From positions 1 to 64,000 of the IMG/VR virus record IMGVR_UViG_3300028581_000018: a stretch of 64,000 nucleotides of DNA. The stretch is one strand, 5' to 3'. The stretch comes from a virus. The notes under the pieces were generated by a model. It ran no database searches. It had not been told where the DNA came from and was given only the letters and a program-made list of their open reading frames with translations. A program made the translations under genes and the position numbers. Shown here in pieces: positions 41,201 to 51,100 of this stretch (positions within the stretch are counted from its first letter, which is position 1; the number at the start of each line of letters is the position of its first letter).

Positions 41201-44200
41201 CAGTTCATATATTACTTTTAATACAGGAAACGCATCACTAGACTTTTTTATAGCATCAAGCATCTCAGTATAAGTCTTAACGCCAACAACTGTTTTTTGT
41301 AATGCATTAAGCGTTGGGCCAAATTCTTGGTTTATAGGAAACCCTAGTTTGTTCTTTATATAAACAAACTTTTCCTCACCTATACTAAAATCATAAGATT
41401 TGCTGTTAATCTCTTTTTGTGTAGCTTTTTTAAAACTAGGAATTATTCTAAGAATTGTTGTAAGCTCTTTTGGTAAATAGTCTTTCATAGGTCGACTATT
41501 TGCTCTCTTATCTCCTCCTTGTTGTAATAACTCAGAATTGTTTGATGTATCTGCGTCAACGTCAATATCAATATCTTCTTCAGCAACTACTAAATTAGTA
41601 ATAGCTGCAGATGAAGTTTGAGCATATGCTGCTAAAATACCATTTGTCTTTTTGTTATTCGCAAATGATTCAATGTCTCCAAAGTTCTCAATAACTATCT
41701 CTAGCAGTCTCTTTTGGTCTAGTAAGTTGTTTGGTTTTTCTTCAAGACTATCAAGCTCCTCATTAATATCAGCAAGTTTATTCTTAAAGGTATTTAGAAT
41801 ACCTTCAAAAATTGTTGTACGTCCTTTTGATGAATACAAGAAAGCTAAGTTGTTAGAGCGAGTTCCGTCTAGTTCTGTGTTAATTAAAGCTTTAGCTACA
41901 AGCCCATCAATAGATTGTCTAATAAGATCAAACTCTTCATCTTCAATGTTCAAAGGTGTTTTATCATCTTTTACACTCTTAGCACGATTCAAGACATCAA
42001 ACATTGAGTTATTAATGTTTGGTTGAAGATTTAGAAGCTTACCAAAGTAAAGTTTCTCAAATGCTTCAGCCACTGCCGGTACACTCATTGCATCTACATA
42101 GACAGCATTTCTATTAGTGCCCCCAAACAAAGCCTTTAAAAGATTCCAGATCTTTCTAAAGATTGTATTTTTTGCAGGAGAACCCTTCTCAGGATTTTGG
42201 AATCGAGCATAATCTCTAAACTGCTCGGCTAAATATTCTTCTATTTGAAAGAAAGAAGCATCGCTAAAACTTACTACCTCACCATTAACAGTTGTAAATA
42301 CACCGGGTTTTTTACGAACCTCTTTATATAGTTTTACTTTTTCTTCAGTGGTTAAGTATAGCTGAGTAAAACCGTGCCATGCTTCGTGGTAAATATCTAC
42401 AGAACTTGATCCTTTATAAAGGGTGATGCCTGATCTTGAAAATGTGGCCCAAGCATTACTATTAACAATACTAAGTAATCTGTTTAAAGGTATTACTTTT
42501 GAAAGGGGACTATTCGCCCACCATTTTTCAGCATCACGAATTTGTTCTTCTGTGACTGCGTTTTCTAGATTTGTTGCCCTAAACAAATCGTCAAAACTTA
42601 AATTAAAAAGATCAGGGTTACCAGGATTTAAATTCTCATTGTCTTGCTCTTCTACAGTTTTTTCTTCTGCAGGTGAAGTTTCTTGTTCAACCTCTGGAGT
42701 TTTTTGTAGAGTATCTAAGTCTGGTAATGTATATCTGAAAAGAGGATTTAATGCAACAATTTGACCTTCTGCATTTGGTTTACTAGCACGTACTTTAATA
42801 TTGTTGTATAACCAGCTATAATAGTTAGAATTGTCCTTAACTTTCAGTTCTCCATTTTCAACTTTAATATTTGTATATATACCATTTGTAAAGTTTGTAA
42901 GATTAATATTTACAAGAATGTTTTGTTTAAACACCTCCTCAAGTGCAGACTTAAGATTTTCATCTCCTATCTTGTATTGAGTTTCCTTACCATCGGCATC
43001 TTTTATAGTAACTGTTTCTGCAGATTTATTATATATAACTTGAGGACGATCTGTAGCCTTAACAGTAGTAAGAAGATTATTTCCAATCTTTACAAAAAAC
43101 GTTTCAAGATACTTATATCTAGTATCAGAGCTTATATTAATATTGTCAACTAGTATATTTTGTTCAGAAAGAAGCATTATTATAGCTTCTGTTAAACCAG
43201 GAACATCTTTAAAATAAGGCTTAACTGCCTCAACATGTTCATCTGATAAGTTTCTAACAAGATTAGTGATCTTTAAAAACTTATCAAAAATACCCTTTCG
43301 ACGAATCCAATCTTCTGAATCTATTTGTTCATCACTTGCATCTATACGTATATCTCTTAGAAGACCTGGTGTATTATCATAGTTAGAACTACCTATTGAT
43401 GTAATAGGCATTGTTACTTGAGTATTGTTTTCTGTTACATACTTTTTAGTTTCTTCTAGTCGCTTAATAAGTTCTAATTGAGCAGCAATTGCTTCTCGGC
43501 TTTTTAGTGTAGCAATTTTATCTTTATTTCTAGTAAAGTTATATATCACACCCCCAGTGCCATCTTCTGTAATGTTTCCTTCATTATCAAACAAATAAGG
43601 TACACCCTTAGCATCTGTTACAATTAAAATTGTAAGGTTTTCTCTCCTATTGTAAAGATTTGATCTTTGAAATCTATTCATTGACGCAAAGTCTCCACTA
43701 CCCAAATATTCTTTATCTAGCTCTATATCTAAATTTTGGTGAGCCATCATTGTATAGTACAATGGCTTACCATTATACATCAAAGGTTGACCAGGAACCG
43801 TTTCTTCATTATTTTTCTGTTGTTTAGAAACTTTCTCTTTGAATTTATAAATTCTATTTTTTACAGGATCTTCTTCATCACGAAGAGTTTGAATTGGTAC
43901 AGTTACTTTTTCTTGTTCAATTTGAAAAGCTTGTTCTCGGGTATCTGTGTTTGGACTACTAGAATAAGTAAAAACCGGTTCTGAAGTATTAAGTTCTATT
44001 TTACGTTTGTTATCTTCTGTTGCTTCGTATTGTCCTAGTACAATTCTTTGTGAATCTATAATCTCTAGAATAGTTTGTAATGAACCAGTTATTGTAGTAA
44101 TTAACTTTTTAACCTCTTCAATATCTTTGAATGTTTCAATTGAAATACTCAGTTTATCTGAGTAATTAATTCTTGCAAGATATCTTTTAACTTCAGGTAC

Positions 44201-44413
44201 AAAATATGATAAACCTGATATTAACTCAGGTACCATCATGGCATATGCTAATGCTGTATTCTCATCATTATTTTTACGAACTAATGAATATATTTTTTGA
44301 GCAAACGGTACCACAGAAAAATTTTTCTGATCTGCAGTAATCATTTTCTGAATGTCTTTTAATAGAAGAGCACTTACTCGTTGTATTTGCTCTTTTGGTA
44401 TAGCACAGTTCAT
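32264..44413 (-). CDS. virion-associated DNA-dependent RNA polymerase (crAss-like gp66 type) with C-terminal accessory domains
   Basis: 4049 aa; GDGHAY, SGSK, RIPVQGQGS, catalytic GGDFDFD (37991-38005); N-terminal zincin YHEAWH. Confidence 0.88.
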   Translation of the reverse strand: MNCAIPKEQIQRVSALLLKDIQKMITADQKNFSVVPFAQKIYSLVRKNNDENTALAYAMMVPELISGLSYFVPEVKRYLARINYSDKLSISIETFKDIEEVKKLITTITGSLQTILEIIDSQRIVLGQYEATEDNKRKIELNTSEPVFTYSSSPNTDTREQAFQIEQEKVTVPIQTLRDEEDPVKNRIYKFKEKVSKQQKNNEETVPGQPLMYNGKPLYYTMMAHQNLDIELDKEYLGSGDFASMNRFQRSNLYNRRENLTILIVTDAKGVPYLFDNEGNITEDGTGGVIYNFTRNKDKIATLKSREAIAAQLELIKRLEETKKYVTENNTQVTMPITSIGSSNYDNTPGLLRDIRIDASDEQIDSEDWIRRKGIFDKFLKITNLVRNLSDEHVEAVKPYFKDVPGLTEAIIMLLSEQNILVDNINISSDTRYKYLETFFVKIGNNLLTTVKATDRPQVIYNKSAETVTIKDADGKETQYKIGDENLKSALEEVFKQNILVNINLTNFTNGIYTNIKVENGELKVKDNSNYYSWLYNNIKVRASKPNAEGQIVALNPLFRYTLPDLDTLQKTPEVEQETSPAEEKTVEEQDNENLNPGNPDLFNLSFDDLFRATNLENAVTEEQIRDAEKWWANSPLSKVIPLNRLLSIVNSNAWATFSRSGITLYKGSSSVDIYHEAWHGFTQLYLTTEEKVKLYKEVRKKPGVFTTVNGEVVSFSDASFFQIEEYLAEQFRDYARFQNPEKGSPAKNTIFRKIWNLLKALFGGTNRNAVYVDAMSVPAVAEAFEKLYFGKLLNLQPNINNSMFDVLNRAKSVKDDKTPLNIEDEEFDLIRQSIDGLVAKALINTELDGTRSNNLAFLYSSKGRTTIFEGILNTFKNKLADINEELDSLEEKPNNLLDQKRLLEIVIENFGDIESFANNKKTNGILAAYAQTSSAAITNLVVAEEDIDIDVDADTSNNSELLQQGGDKRANSRPMKDYLPKELTTILRIIPSFKKATQKEINSKSYDFSIGEEKFVYIKNKLGFPINQEFGPTLNALQKTVVGVKTYTEMLDAIKKSSDAFPVLKVIYELLPKEHTTNRALAQDITGNRVRILLEVLLNFHSAFDKASVEALINTKSNVLVDENTTDTKQTFTSGKATNSVGNVYRRWQNIFVNVAPRVNNEAVLNTNNLPNRVNTFEEAFEFFERLGVQLTKTTKEVIQAQKSGITLNELLSAANKMLDDIRINPNNKKLKSNPLQAFIERSTDSKISNQRTILRKIAQIEIKYNPLFNDSIILNANGDLVSSISLHNSMTRKIMYLNESINLLDASGFNVEFSEELNPFFKYSIIREKLFYEDESRNNLNKLELMFHVGYQQLDEYDNIENASSATDLTINQKFITDFYSFILHGYMPTLVHESKSSVYVPMITDKNGSAELYLQPKLFENTLLPDDALRLLQRYIKAEYERIVLFKTNETYKQNQALNKDGAGEKFTAFDDILSPKTKGALYADIEKGLTSDESVRKNIDAIKEDLKYYFTEVNKQNQNRYDQSAPLVPVDETELRKFNLNVKDAELNKTLVRAYTVNYFIHRFEMNNFFYGDMAQYNHKKEAGTKYNAGAGSGGPGFISDEWVLQAINKAYPKVYSEKVMSELRPDGVVKETTSILNTAIIQEDTGLRSVSLNEMIEAVVKLKAAREKRSQKAVRQEVVESLEKAYGKEMKIGDGHAYMTIDTYRHLKIAQNNWLPEQEALYQKIVNGEKLDANDAKVFFPTYKLQMYGNLQTDAPITALHKFSISPLLPNVHEDSLLNDIHNLMIINNIDYITYPSGSKISNLGNPTDLYENGDRNKINMSTEFTVNPVNLAYLKEVTSNTNVWKAGQTFATQMRKLIVENLYLNGIIIEDKKELEKDYLRLVDEVTKNLEKDFLDEIGWVKEGNTYSGPVERLAAFLQTQLRKKNLPEHIVKQISVDANGNLTNDLSALPNAQTIEAIMFSTISRRLIKQKSYGEGLVQVPGSFWRKANESERKKWLGTNEFLPFYKYNPKKIQAAKVAITLHGDFINLFQRKDLNGNIIAVYDIVEEEDGTKKRVLDIEASRVKLNQLIKNDKWLHQDDNRQAISILGVRIPVQGQGSIDALEVYEFLPIGTGNIIVLPSEIVGKSGGDFDFDKLPSLFPRINKNGKIISAKKYKTRQDLLDELSRLEKENNLDKKDVIERVKMLIKDLKADKKVNKETISNIIRNLEYAKVRRKLIIEEINKIINDNRENGQLQFLPSPLQKVLSKPDYTDGDIIKALRISSKILTKDTSRSILEKFSKRLFDQIKEFDRFKDESGNLDKELKNAFQDKNQLNKEIEESIEDLKEIIYVLDVENNYVGALQTDLLETSLEIILSPQNYESLITPNSTDIFDDLADKLKRLTQTYDPLLNFSGESTGVISPTRLFESDYNLSKYEAYMTAMDALGIGAIMTTYNILLNSLKGVSPKEYVISTGSGNNKEDYTVPIRMLLPKNVTKEGNISLHNTYSYRTDKKAPLVRISDIFSQMINGWVDVGANPWIFYIQGNKEITPVLMYMLMAGVPVEHAVYFVSQPLVRRFIALKKERGASEAYKILLNNKNKNVIILNSLNNEEEFQLNDLKDQLIPTKVDKEYQEKVLRHFIEISNISEAFTKFSRATNVDTTRENSYLSTREREASLNELLYDGRIDRSLVDAIQNSEKSMIGSFFIGDFSIALTKSVLPFRFDARIDNFINKLSGKIETDNTEFNSLQEGYRRLSNSQTSNKATGTELLDAAFRDELVLALYQNAVRGFRLGVSDSYKGFGVSETVPVQYVDYLKKGVYLTKDKIYISASEIQRKYESLSNDFRNKEFPTIHEYTRFLIERAIVELTQPNSTDVQKENRAYINSFNLYKLFQDPGSSFANVFYRNILKKDFSEELTEQFPVLSYFLTNSKKYPGYVILDFIGKSIDEITATSYHSQLKQLKDFTAVKNRMPNLSDSNIKLINYVFTMLPQIAFLQNGFSKNVSNLVNLVDLSEVNATIQDAISGFNFSEQSLLNFAEGFISGQTRKTTVPVRQYSLAPVKIDRSELVPGAFSYRLPGGETIRSNYVPSKNFRNLLFTNEQYGYSKPYDYYDLVIKQDQTGGVYVVYPTTLDKTEAARSPYLRNTTTRAKYLPISIGFKEVGDGFIEGGQPTQSTKAPVSNDKVLEGDIFALPGIPVITTNLGGVHGAGLAQAAKAKGLVKQGEGNFKATDDVVQLPVKKKWSDDMSMNNNMELLKESLRSLIKVSKENPTKTYLLPLAGLGHGEGSIEEILPLLIKTVQASPNIKLVIPSENVNLGRQGTVRKDYTRENLPKIKEMLANAGISSVQRTTQPSTSIGGFQGYKGDFENTGKGTPEGDGKDKAMRAVADSFVVEVSNTNPSSSLTSLKTGSIIEQKGTKEQTVARSTKNLADPGKAVMLARNGSLKGKPLLQETKDMIKFYHDDFNMEFVVGDMPNVDSQFIDYLQEIGAKFAVYHTGATSRIKVKETTQPSTSVKPTIDTSREWKGDLKTAEVYDKNNPKLVNTMRTEAAKPNEHFGNPFSEAGYGGTIKVAGISEAVRAYKDWLLGVDEPISDYMEYSVATTGKEMELRDTLLQDVNEKQREWILNQINQGKLDGATLLYAGKSAARGQGMHPTALAEVVEQLRTTTQPTQAPVSTNQQVVSEPYGVVVAETKPSVDKTQDFIDIIQPQIRAQAYKENASGTANDMFMYGLRWTRKSTAKAPLNNKSYANAGLATTDAKAKDNYVYDTVDQNGNPLAPVSNLQPIIEEIQNTLGIDMSNYDAVIGNIYLPGQNIATHRDTTESLSARNYPVVVYTIGNNSGIGIYEDKNNPGSPSFRSDSRKEIPTQNGTIYTFGMDGKGRFELAHDTPKGVKRDQKFPPITLPNGTVIENYTITLTFRRAADLTPGMPTAPAKLTSQQRTTQPSPVVQGTTPSIEDAKKRINEQLSQIEEILSNPRNAVVMDMSLLINDILKQNTPQIAGSKVIAEYLYGELYKRFNLPVPGSSKFGVMDLIIENQEGIAGETLVSEDLIGLDLDGTCFRV
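32622..34944 (-). repeat. five dispersed TTQP(S/T)-linker DNA repeats (core ttgagtag) between RNAP accessory domains
   Basis: 33917-33937 = 34391-34411 (21 bp identical); 32622-32639 = 34401-34418 (18 bp identical); 33428-33456 vs 34916-34944 (27/29). Confidence 0.85.
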
Positions 44414-44417
44414 ATGT

Positions 44418-47400
44418 TTAACACTTTGAATTATTACCTATATCGTCTTCTAGACTAGAATCATCTTGATCTAAAAAGGGATTTTCTTCACCAAATGTAG
44501 TTCTAGGTTCACTTTTAATAGCATCTAAGTTTTCATTGGTTAATTCCAGGTTTATCCGTTCTTCTTGAGATAGTACAACAGGTTCATCCTCAACACTTAA
44601 AAGTAGGTCAAATGAATTTTGAAAATCTTTCACACTCATTTTTTCTTTTACTGAAGGATTATTTACCAAAGATATCACTATTTCTCCTCTTGCCTCATTA
44701 TAAGATACAACTTTATAAGCAGTATCTACACTTTGCACATCACTTTTCCTAAAGAAATATGTGTTTTTTGATATGCTTTCTAGATCTGGTAGTAGGGCGA
44801 GCTCCGCGCGCTTTGCTTCAATAGCATCACTGAGCTCTTGATTAAGTGTAGAAGTAGGAAACTGGAATCTGAAATTAAAAGCTTCTTTTACAACACCTGA
44901 AAGCTGGCTTAAATTTGTAACAGCACCAAGCATTCCTAGTATGTTTTGACGTTGTTCTGATGCTCGATTAAAGATTGTAGCATCTGACACGCGCATCCTA
45001 CCAACAACACCATTAGTTTCTGCGTCAACTAGATTAACTACATCTTCATATATTACATCAAAAGCTTCACCCGGTACAACAGATTCTTTTTGAAGACTTA
45101 GCTTTATGATGTCTCCCTGGTTTAAAAGAATGTTTGCGTCTAAGAATACCCCAACCCGTAACGTTTTACCATTTACTTTTAGAATTAAACTTCTAGAACT
45201 TCCATATTCAAAGTATTCGCCGTAGAGTTCTTGTCCAGAATTTAAAAGCTCTCTTACAAGTTTTGCTTTAGCGTCAACACGGTCACTAGGTCTTGAGTTA
45301 TCAATCTTAGTTAGTACAGCTTCTTGTTCTGCTGTAAGACTAACTGTGTTCTCATTAGTAAATGTTGTAGTTTCTCCACCGGTATCTTCACTTTCTAAAA
45401 CAGCTATTTCTTCATCAAATTTCTTTTTTAACTCATTTAATATATCTACTCTTCCTTGATCTTTAGCTGTTTGCATTGCTTTGAAAAATGCTTCTGCTAC
45501 AATTTGACGATCCTCAGATTGTGTATTTTTATCTGGATGTACGAGTTTAGCATATTCTTTAAACAATCGTGCAGCTTCTGCTTTATTTGTTTTTACTACC
45601 TCACCCTTAAGAGTTTTATTGATAGCATCAAACATTTGAGATCCTAAGTTATCAGGTATAAACTCACCTCTAACAACTTTACCTGGTTGATTTTCACTAA
45701 AATCAAATAATGATTCGGATCCAAATACTTTTGATATAGTATCATTAATTCTCTTTATTATATCCCCTTTATCAGAAACAGTAGTACCTTCTAAAGCAGC
45801 TAGTTCTGCATCATATTTAGCATTGATTTCTTTATTTCTTTTTTGAACTTCTGGCATCCATACATTGTCAGGTAAAGAAGCTCTATTATTTTTAGCATAT
45901 TCAGCGACCTGTTCTCTTTCTTCTTGTCTTCTTCTTTCTATAGCAGTAACCTCCTTAAACAATGCTGGATATCTAGTAACTACACTTCCTGCTACTACAG
46001 GCTCTTTAGGATTCTCTAACAAGAATTTTGCAAGTCTTGTTAGCTCTTTAAATTCAGCAGGAGTTATCTTTTGTTTTTCATCTTCTAACGCATCTGCTCC
46101 TTCACCCTCTCCAGTTTCTTCTCCTGATGGCTCTTCTTCTTCTGCTCCTGTTTCTTCTTCTGTTACCTCTTTTAGTCTATTACCTAGTGCTTCATCTACA
46201 ATCTCTTCTAATGTCATTTCTTTCTTGGTTGTATCACTAGGAACATCGCTTGTGAATACTACATGTTTTTCATTGACGTTGATGGTTATAAAGGGCGCAT
46301 CCGCTGTGAGCTTTTGAGTACCTACTTTTGCTGGAGTTTTAATAGACGATATTTTTGCGTCGCCATCATACTCTACCTCAAGAGGTAATATCCCCAGGTT
46401 TATTTTGTCAAGACCAGTAATTTCCTGTAAGATCTTTTTGTAAATAATCTGTTGTAGAGCATTTTTTATATATGTTCTATATGCATCCGCTCCTGTAGAA
46501 TATTTTGACCATTTAGATTTCTTACCGGTTTTTACATCTACAATCCACCACTCTGAGTTTTCGTCAATGAATAGTAAATCCATTTGCCCAGCAACCTTTG
46601 TATTATCAGAATAGATTACATCTGTATTAGAGGCTATTTCTCCAACCGTTTGTTTAAAAGGCTCTAGTATCTTTTGTAGTTGTTTAGCCGCAGCTTCTGA
46701 TAATAAAGACGTTTCTGGAATACTTGTAGCACCAATATCTGCTACAAAATCTCTTACCGCCTCATCAACCTCGTTACCAACATCTCTTGATGCATCATAT
46801 AAACTATTCATTATCTCTTCAGATAATGTATCTAAATAGTTAGTTTGTACCTTAGCCGTTATTGTACTTGATGCTAATACCCCAAGAAAATCAGGCAATC
46901 TTTGAATTGTACGATCTAGTATTTTACCAGCTTTTTCAGAACTAACTTTACCACCAGTTATACTAACAAGCTCTCTTTGCATATGCGCGCGCACATCTGT
47001 AGCACGATCACCTTTTAACGCATTAGCTAATTGTGTAAGGTATAGTGTTACCTCAGCATTTGGCGCTAAACCAAAAGGCTCTTGTCTAAAATACTTTTCT
47101 AGTATTTTTTCAACTATTAAACTCACCCTAGCATACTCTTCTTCTTTAATGATATATGCTTCAGATGATTTTACTGGAGTACCATCAGGATTTTTCTCTA
47201 CACTAGCCATTCTTTGTCTAATAGAATCTAGAACTTTTTCAATTTCTTGTTCTATTAAAAAGATGTCTTTGTTTGTATAGAGAGCATACTGTTTTATAAA
47301 AGCATCCAGCGCGTTTATATCATTTGCTAAAGCTGTGTATTCACGAGTTCTAGTTGTAAGTGTAGCTAGTTTAGATTTTAAAGATTTTAGCAAACTCCTC

Positions 47401-48155
47401 AAATACAATAAAGACATATCTGTAGATATCTCTTCGCCTGTTGTACCAAGTTTTATATTTGCTGGTTTTGTTTTAGCAGGGGTTCCTGTAGATGGCACCG
47501 TGGCAAGTGCTGTGTTGTATTGGCTTATAATACTTACCGCTGTGCTTGTAGATAAAAACTTACTTATATCAGTGTATAACGTTGGATTAGCTCTTTGAGC
47601 ATTTGCAAATGCTGTATCTAATTTAGTTTTTAATTCTCTTAGTGCTTGATAAGTAGCATCAGTATCAGGTAATAACTCAAAATCTTCATAAGTAATATCA
47701 CCAATTGATATTTCTTCATTAGGCACCAGCTTAGTTGTCTTTTCTTCTTCCTCTTCTTCTTCCGCTGGAGTAGGGGTAATAGGTGTTGCACTTGTAGATG
47801 TAGTGCTTAATGTAGTACCTGGTATTTTAAATCCAATATACAAGAACACTTTTTCTAATCCTTCTACAGGACTAGTAAACTTATTGATCATATCTACTAA
47901 CGCCGTTTCACGTATTGGCGTAGCATCAAGCACTGACTTAAATACAGGTATACTTCTACCTTTACCAATAATAGCAAATGCTGTTTGTACAAATAATGCT
48001 GCCCTACTAACACTCCCCGTGCTAGTAGCAACAAGATTGAACAGATCATTCATGTAAACGTCTATGTCAAACGTAGCAGGATCCGCATTAATATGCGCAT
48101 ATACATCATTTGCTAAATCAGAAATCTGCTCTTTAGTTAATGCACAAGTTATCAT
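44418..48155 (-). CDS. large virion protein with PD-(D/E)XK nuclease domain and J-domain-like module
   Basis: VAGQMDLLFID...IVDVKTG...LQQIIY; YAKLVHPDKN; IERRRQEE...INAKYDAELAALE. Confidence 0.7.
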   Translation of the reverse strand: MITCALTKEQISDLANDVYAHINADPATFDIDVYMNDLFNLVATSTGSVSRAALFVQTAFAIIGKGRSIPVFKSVLDATPIRETALVDMINKFTSPVEGLEKVFLYIGFKIPGTTLSTTSTSATPITPTPAEEEEEEEKTTKLVPNEEISIGDITYEDFELLPDTDATYQALRELKTKLDTAFANAQRANPTLYTDISKFLSTSTAVSIISQYNTALATVPSTGTPAKTKPANIKLGTTGEEISTDMSLLYLRSLLKSLKSKLATLTTRTREYTALANDINALDAFIKQYALYTNKDIFLIEQEIEKVLDSIRQRMASVEKNPDGTPVKSSEAYIIKEEEYARVSLIVEKILEKYFRQEPFGLAPNAEVTLYLTQLANALKGDRATDVRAHMQRELVSITGGKVSSEKAGKILDRTIQRLPDFLGVLASSTITAKVQTNYLDTLSEEIMNSLYDASRDVGNEVDEAVRDFVADIGATSIPETSLLSEAAAKQLQKILEPFKQTVGEIASNTDVIYSDNTKVAGQMDLLFIDENSEWWIVDVKTGKKSKWSKYSTGADAYRTYIKNALQQIIYKKILQEITGLDKINLGILPLEVEYDGDAKISSIKTPAKVGTQKLTADAPFITINVNEKHVVFTSDVPSDTTKKEMTLEEIVDEALGNRLKEVTEEETGAEEEEPSGEETGEGEGADALEDEKQKITPAEFKELTRLAKFLLENPKEPVVAGSVVTRYPALFKEVTAIERRRQEEREQVAEYAKNNRASLPDNVWMPEVQKRNKEINAKYDAELAALEGTTVSDKGDIIKRINDTISKVFGSESLFDFSENQPGKVVRGEFIPDNLGSQMFDAINKTLKGEVVKTNKAEAARLFKEYAKLVHPDKNTQSEDRQIVAEAFFKAMQTAKDQGRVDILNELKKKFDEEIAVLESEDTGGETTTFTNENTVSLTAEQEAVLTKIDNSRPSDRVDAKAKLVRELLNSGQELYGEYFEYGSSRSLILKVNGKTLRVGVFLDANILLNQGDIIKLSLQKESVVPGEAFDVIYEDVVNLVDAETNGVVGRMRVSDATIFNRASEQRQNILGMLGAVTNLSQLSGVVKEAFNFRFQFPTSTLNQELSDAIEAKRAELALLPDLESISKNTYFFRKSDVQSVDTAYKVVSYNEARGEIVISLVNNPSVKEKMSVKDFQNSFDLLLSVEDEPVVLSQEERINLELTNENLDAIKSEPRTTFGEENPFLDQDDSSLEDDIGNNSKC

Positions 48156-51100
48156 TTACAATTAAGATTATTAGATAATTTTTCTCTAGCTGTAAGAACA
48201 TCTGGGCTAAATGTAAAAGTACTATCTACTACACTAGAAACATCACTTACTGTATTATTAGCAAAAGCTCTTTCTTCATCTGTAATATCAGGTGTTTCAC
48301 CACGCTCTTCTGCAGGCACAGCCTCAGAGTTATTTAACTCCCTCGCAATGTTTAAAACTTCAATGTAATTTTCATACTCTAAAGAATCTTCTGTTACTTG
48401 AACACCGCGGCGCACATCAATAAATTCAATAGGTACGTTTTTACCGGGAGGAGAGTTTACATAATTTGTAAACTGTTCCGCGTCAACATATATTTGAAAC
48501 TTATCAGCAAGATAATTCAGAGTAGCATTCTTCTCATGCGCCTTTAAAAAGTTATTTACAATAGTATCAGCATAGGTCTTCTTGTTGTTATAAAGATCCT
48601 GCATAATTAAAAAGTTGCGAGAGTATTGTTCCTCTAATGATGCTGGATCAAACATCGCATCAATATAAGGCTGCATAAATTTTTCATTAGAACTTATTGT
48701 ATGATAATCTAACAACTTATCAATAAACGCCATTGCTTTTTGATCATCTATTTTTGTACCAGATTGTTTAGATAATTTACCTAGTAATTCTTTTGTTTTA
48801 GCATGCACTCTACCTCTTAATGATTGTTGTTCTGCATCAATTTTTGCTTCTTCCTTACGTGTTAAATTTCTTTTTACAGCAGCTGTAGCATTTTTATATG
48901 GAGAAGAAGCTTTTAACAACTGAAGTTTAAGTTGACTATACTTATCAAAACTATTAAGTGTAGTTAACATTTGGATAAGAGAACCTTCTGTGGGTATACC
49001 AAAAATACCAGAGTCAAAAACAGTACCGGTTAATGTTTTTAAAAGATCTTCCTTTTCACTTAAGATTTTTTTATCAGATTCTTTTGTAGATTTTTTTAGA
49101 ATATCAATCTCTTGTTGCAACAGTGAAACCTCATTCTCAGAGTTTTGAGGGTTAAACAACATTGTAAACAAACTATTGGCGCCCCCACCAATTGGTGAGT
49201 CAACAGCCATAGCTTCTGCATAAAGTTTTTCTTTTCTTTCTAGTTGCGCGTCAAAGATAGAACCATTAAATATAGCGTTGGTGATTGTGTGACGATAAGC
49301 ATTCTCTTTTAGTTTAGCTTTTATATACTCTGGTGAGTCTTTAATCATACCTTCTGTTGATGCCTCTGCAGGTAGCTCAAAGTTTTCAGTCATATATTTA
49401 TGACGTTCTCGTATAGCAGCAACTTTTTTCTTGAACTCAGGGACTTCTTGTTTCATCCTCTGAGCTTTTTCTAGAGTTACATTATAAGCATCTGCTACAT
49501 CTTGAGCTTCTTGTTCTTCAATTGTTTCAAGGTTCTCTAGATAGTAATCTAATGTTCCTGTATTGATTGCTGTTAAGATACCGAGAGCTCGCGCGCCATC
49601 TCTCTCATTTTTCTGTTTCCACTCATCATTTCTTAGTTGCGCATCATCCATACCGCGAGCAAACTCATCTTGGGCAGCAACATTAAAAAACCTACTATCA
49701 AACATGACGTCAACATCTTGCATCATCTCAGTAAGAGTCTTAGCTAGTTTTGGCCCGTATTCTTCTTTAGCTTTTAAATAGTTTCCGTATTCAGTTTTAT
49801 CAAAGAAGTAGTTATATGCAATTGGTGCCTTAGCAATAGCCGTATTAATAGGCTTCATGTGAGCACCAATTAAAAACCCTGATAAAAATGTTTCTAACCC
49901 CTGACCACTAAGTTGCTCCTTAGCACCATGAATATATGCAGCTTTGTGAGCAAGAAAGTTTGCAGCAACAGGATTGTTAAAAGCATTGATATAATGTTCT
50001 TTTGCTCCTATAGCAACAGCTTCCTGGAATACTTCCTGGAAACCTTCCATGAAATTTGCAGAGGTATATTTAAGACCTGATAATAATGTCTTGCGCCCTT
50101 CTTTTAAAGATATTTTAGGCAAGAAAGAATCTTTTACCCATTCAACTTTTGGTGCTTTCCCTTTACCACGAATAACATTAAGATAACCACCTTTTCTTTT
50201 TACAACATCTTCTGTAAGTTCACGAATTGGCCTAAACCCTCTAAAGGCATTACCAATAGTAATCCGGTTACTTAAATAGATAATAGGCCAGTTTAATAAA
50301 CCAGCTTCATTACCTGCAGCGCTTGCTTGTTGGTATATCTGTTTTACTTTACCTTCTGAGAGTGGTTGATTATTATTTTTTTCAAGTTCAGTTGCATATA
50401 AGCTTTTGTACACTTCATTATTTACAAAGCCGCCTTCTAAGTTTGATTCTGATAATGCTACAGATACTTCTTTAACATCTCTATAAAAAGCACCACCCGT
50501 TTTAGCAACTTTAGCAAGAGATGTAAGATTCTTTGACTTTCTTAGATCTAAGAACGCCTCTGTAGTTTGACGTAAAGGATTAGCAAAATTTACAAAATCA
50601 TTGCCTGCAGCTTTCCAAAATGTTTTTGCTCGTAATGGGTTTTTAGAAAGAGCTTGTAGAGCTTTTCTGGTTTTATTTATTGCCCCATAAATATCACCAA
50701 CACTACTCACAATTTTACTACCAGATCTAATTGCTGCAGGTACAGCGCCCAATCCTTGTGTAGCAGCGGTAATTAAAGATGCCTCAGCAACAGACTCTGC
50801 AGCAATACCCACAGTATAAGCAAAAGACATCTGGATATTAGATAAACTTGAAAGCATTCCTCCCCTAGATGAGTAACCCATTTCTGTAGCTTTCTCATAT
50901 GCGTCTGCTTGATCTATATTACCGAGAGGTTTATTAGATGAACTTAGCAAATCTGGGATAGACATAAAAGCATCTATGGCTCCTCGAGTTGCAAGAGGCA
51001 TAAAACTCTTAGTCATCATTCTTTTCCAATCATCAAACACAGATGTATTTGCGTTGTATACAGATTCGTTATCGCGAAATGGATTAAAACCTAGTTTGTT

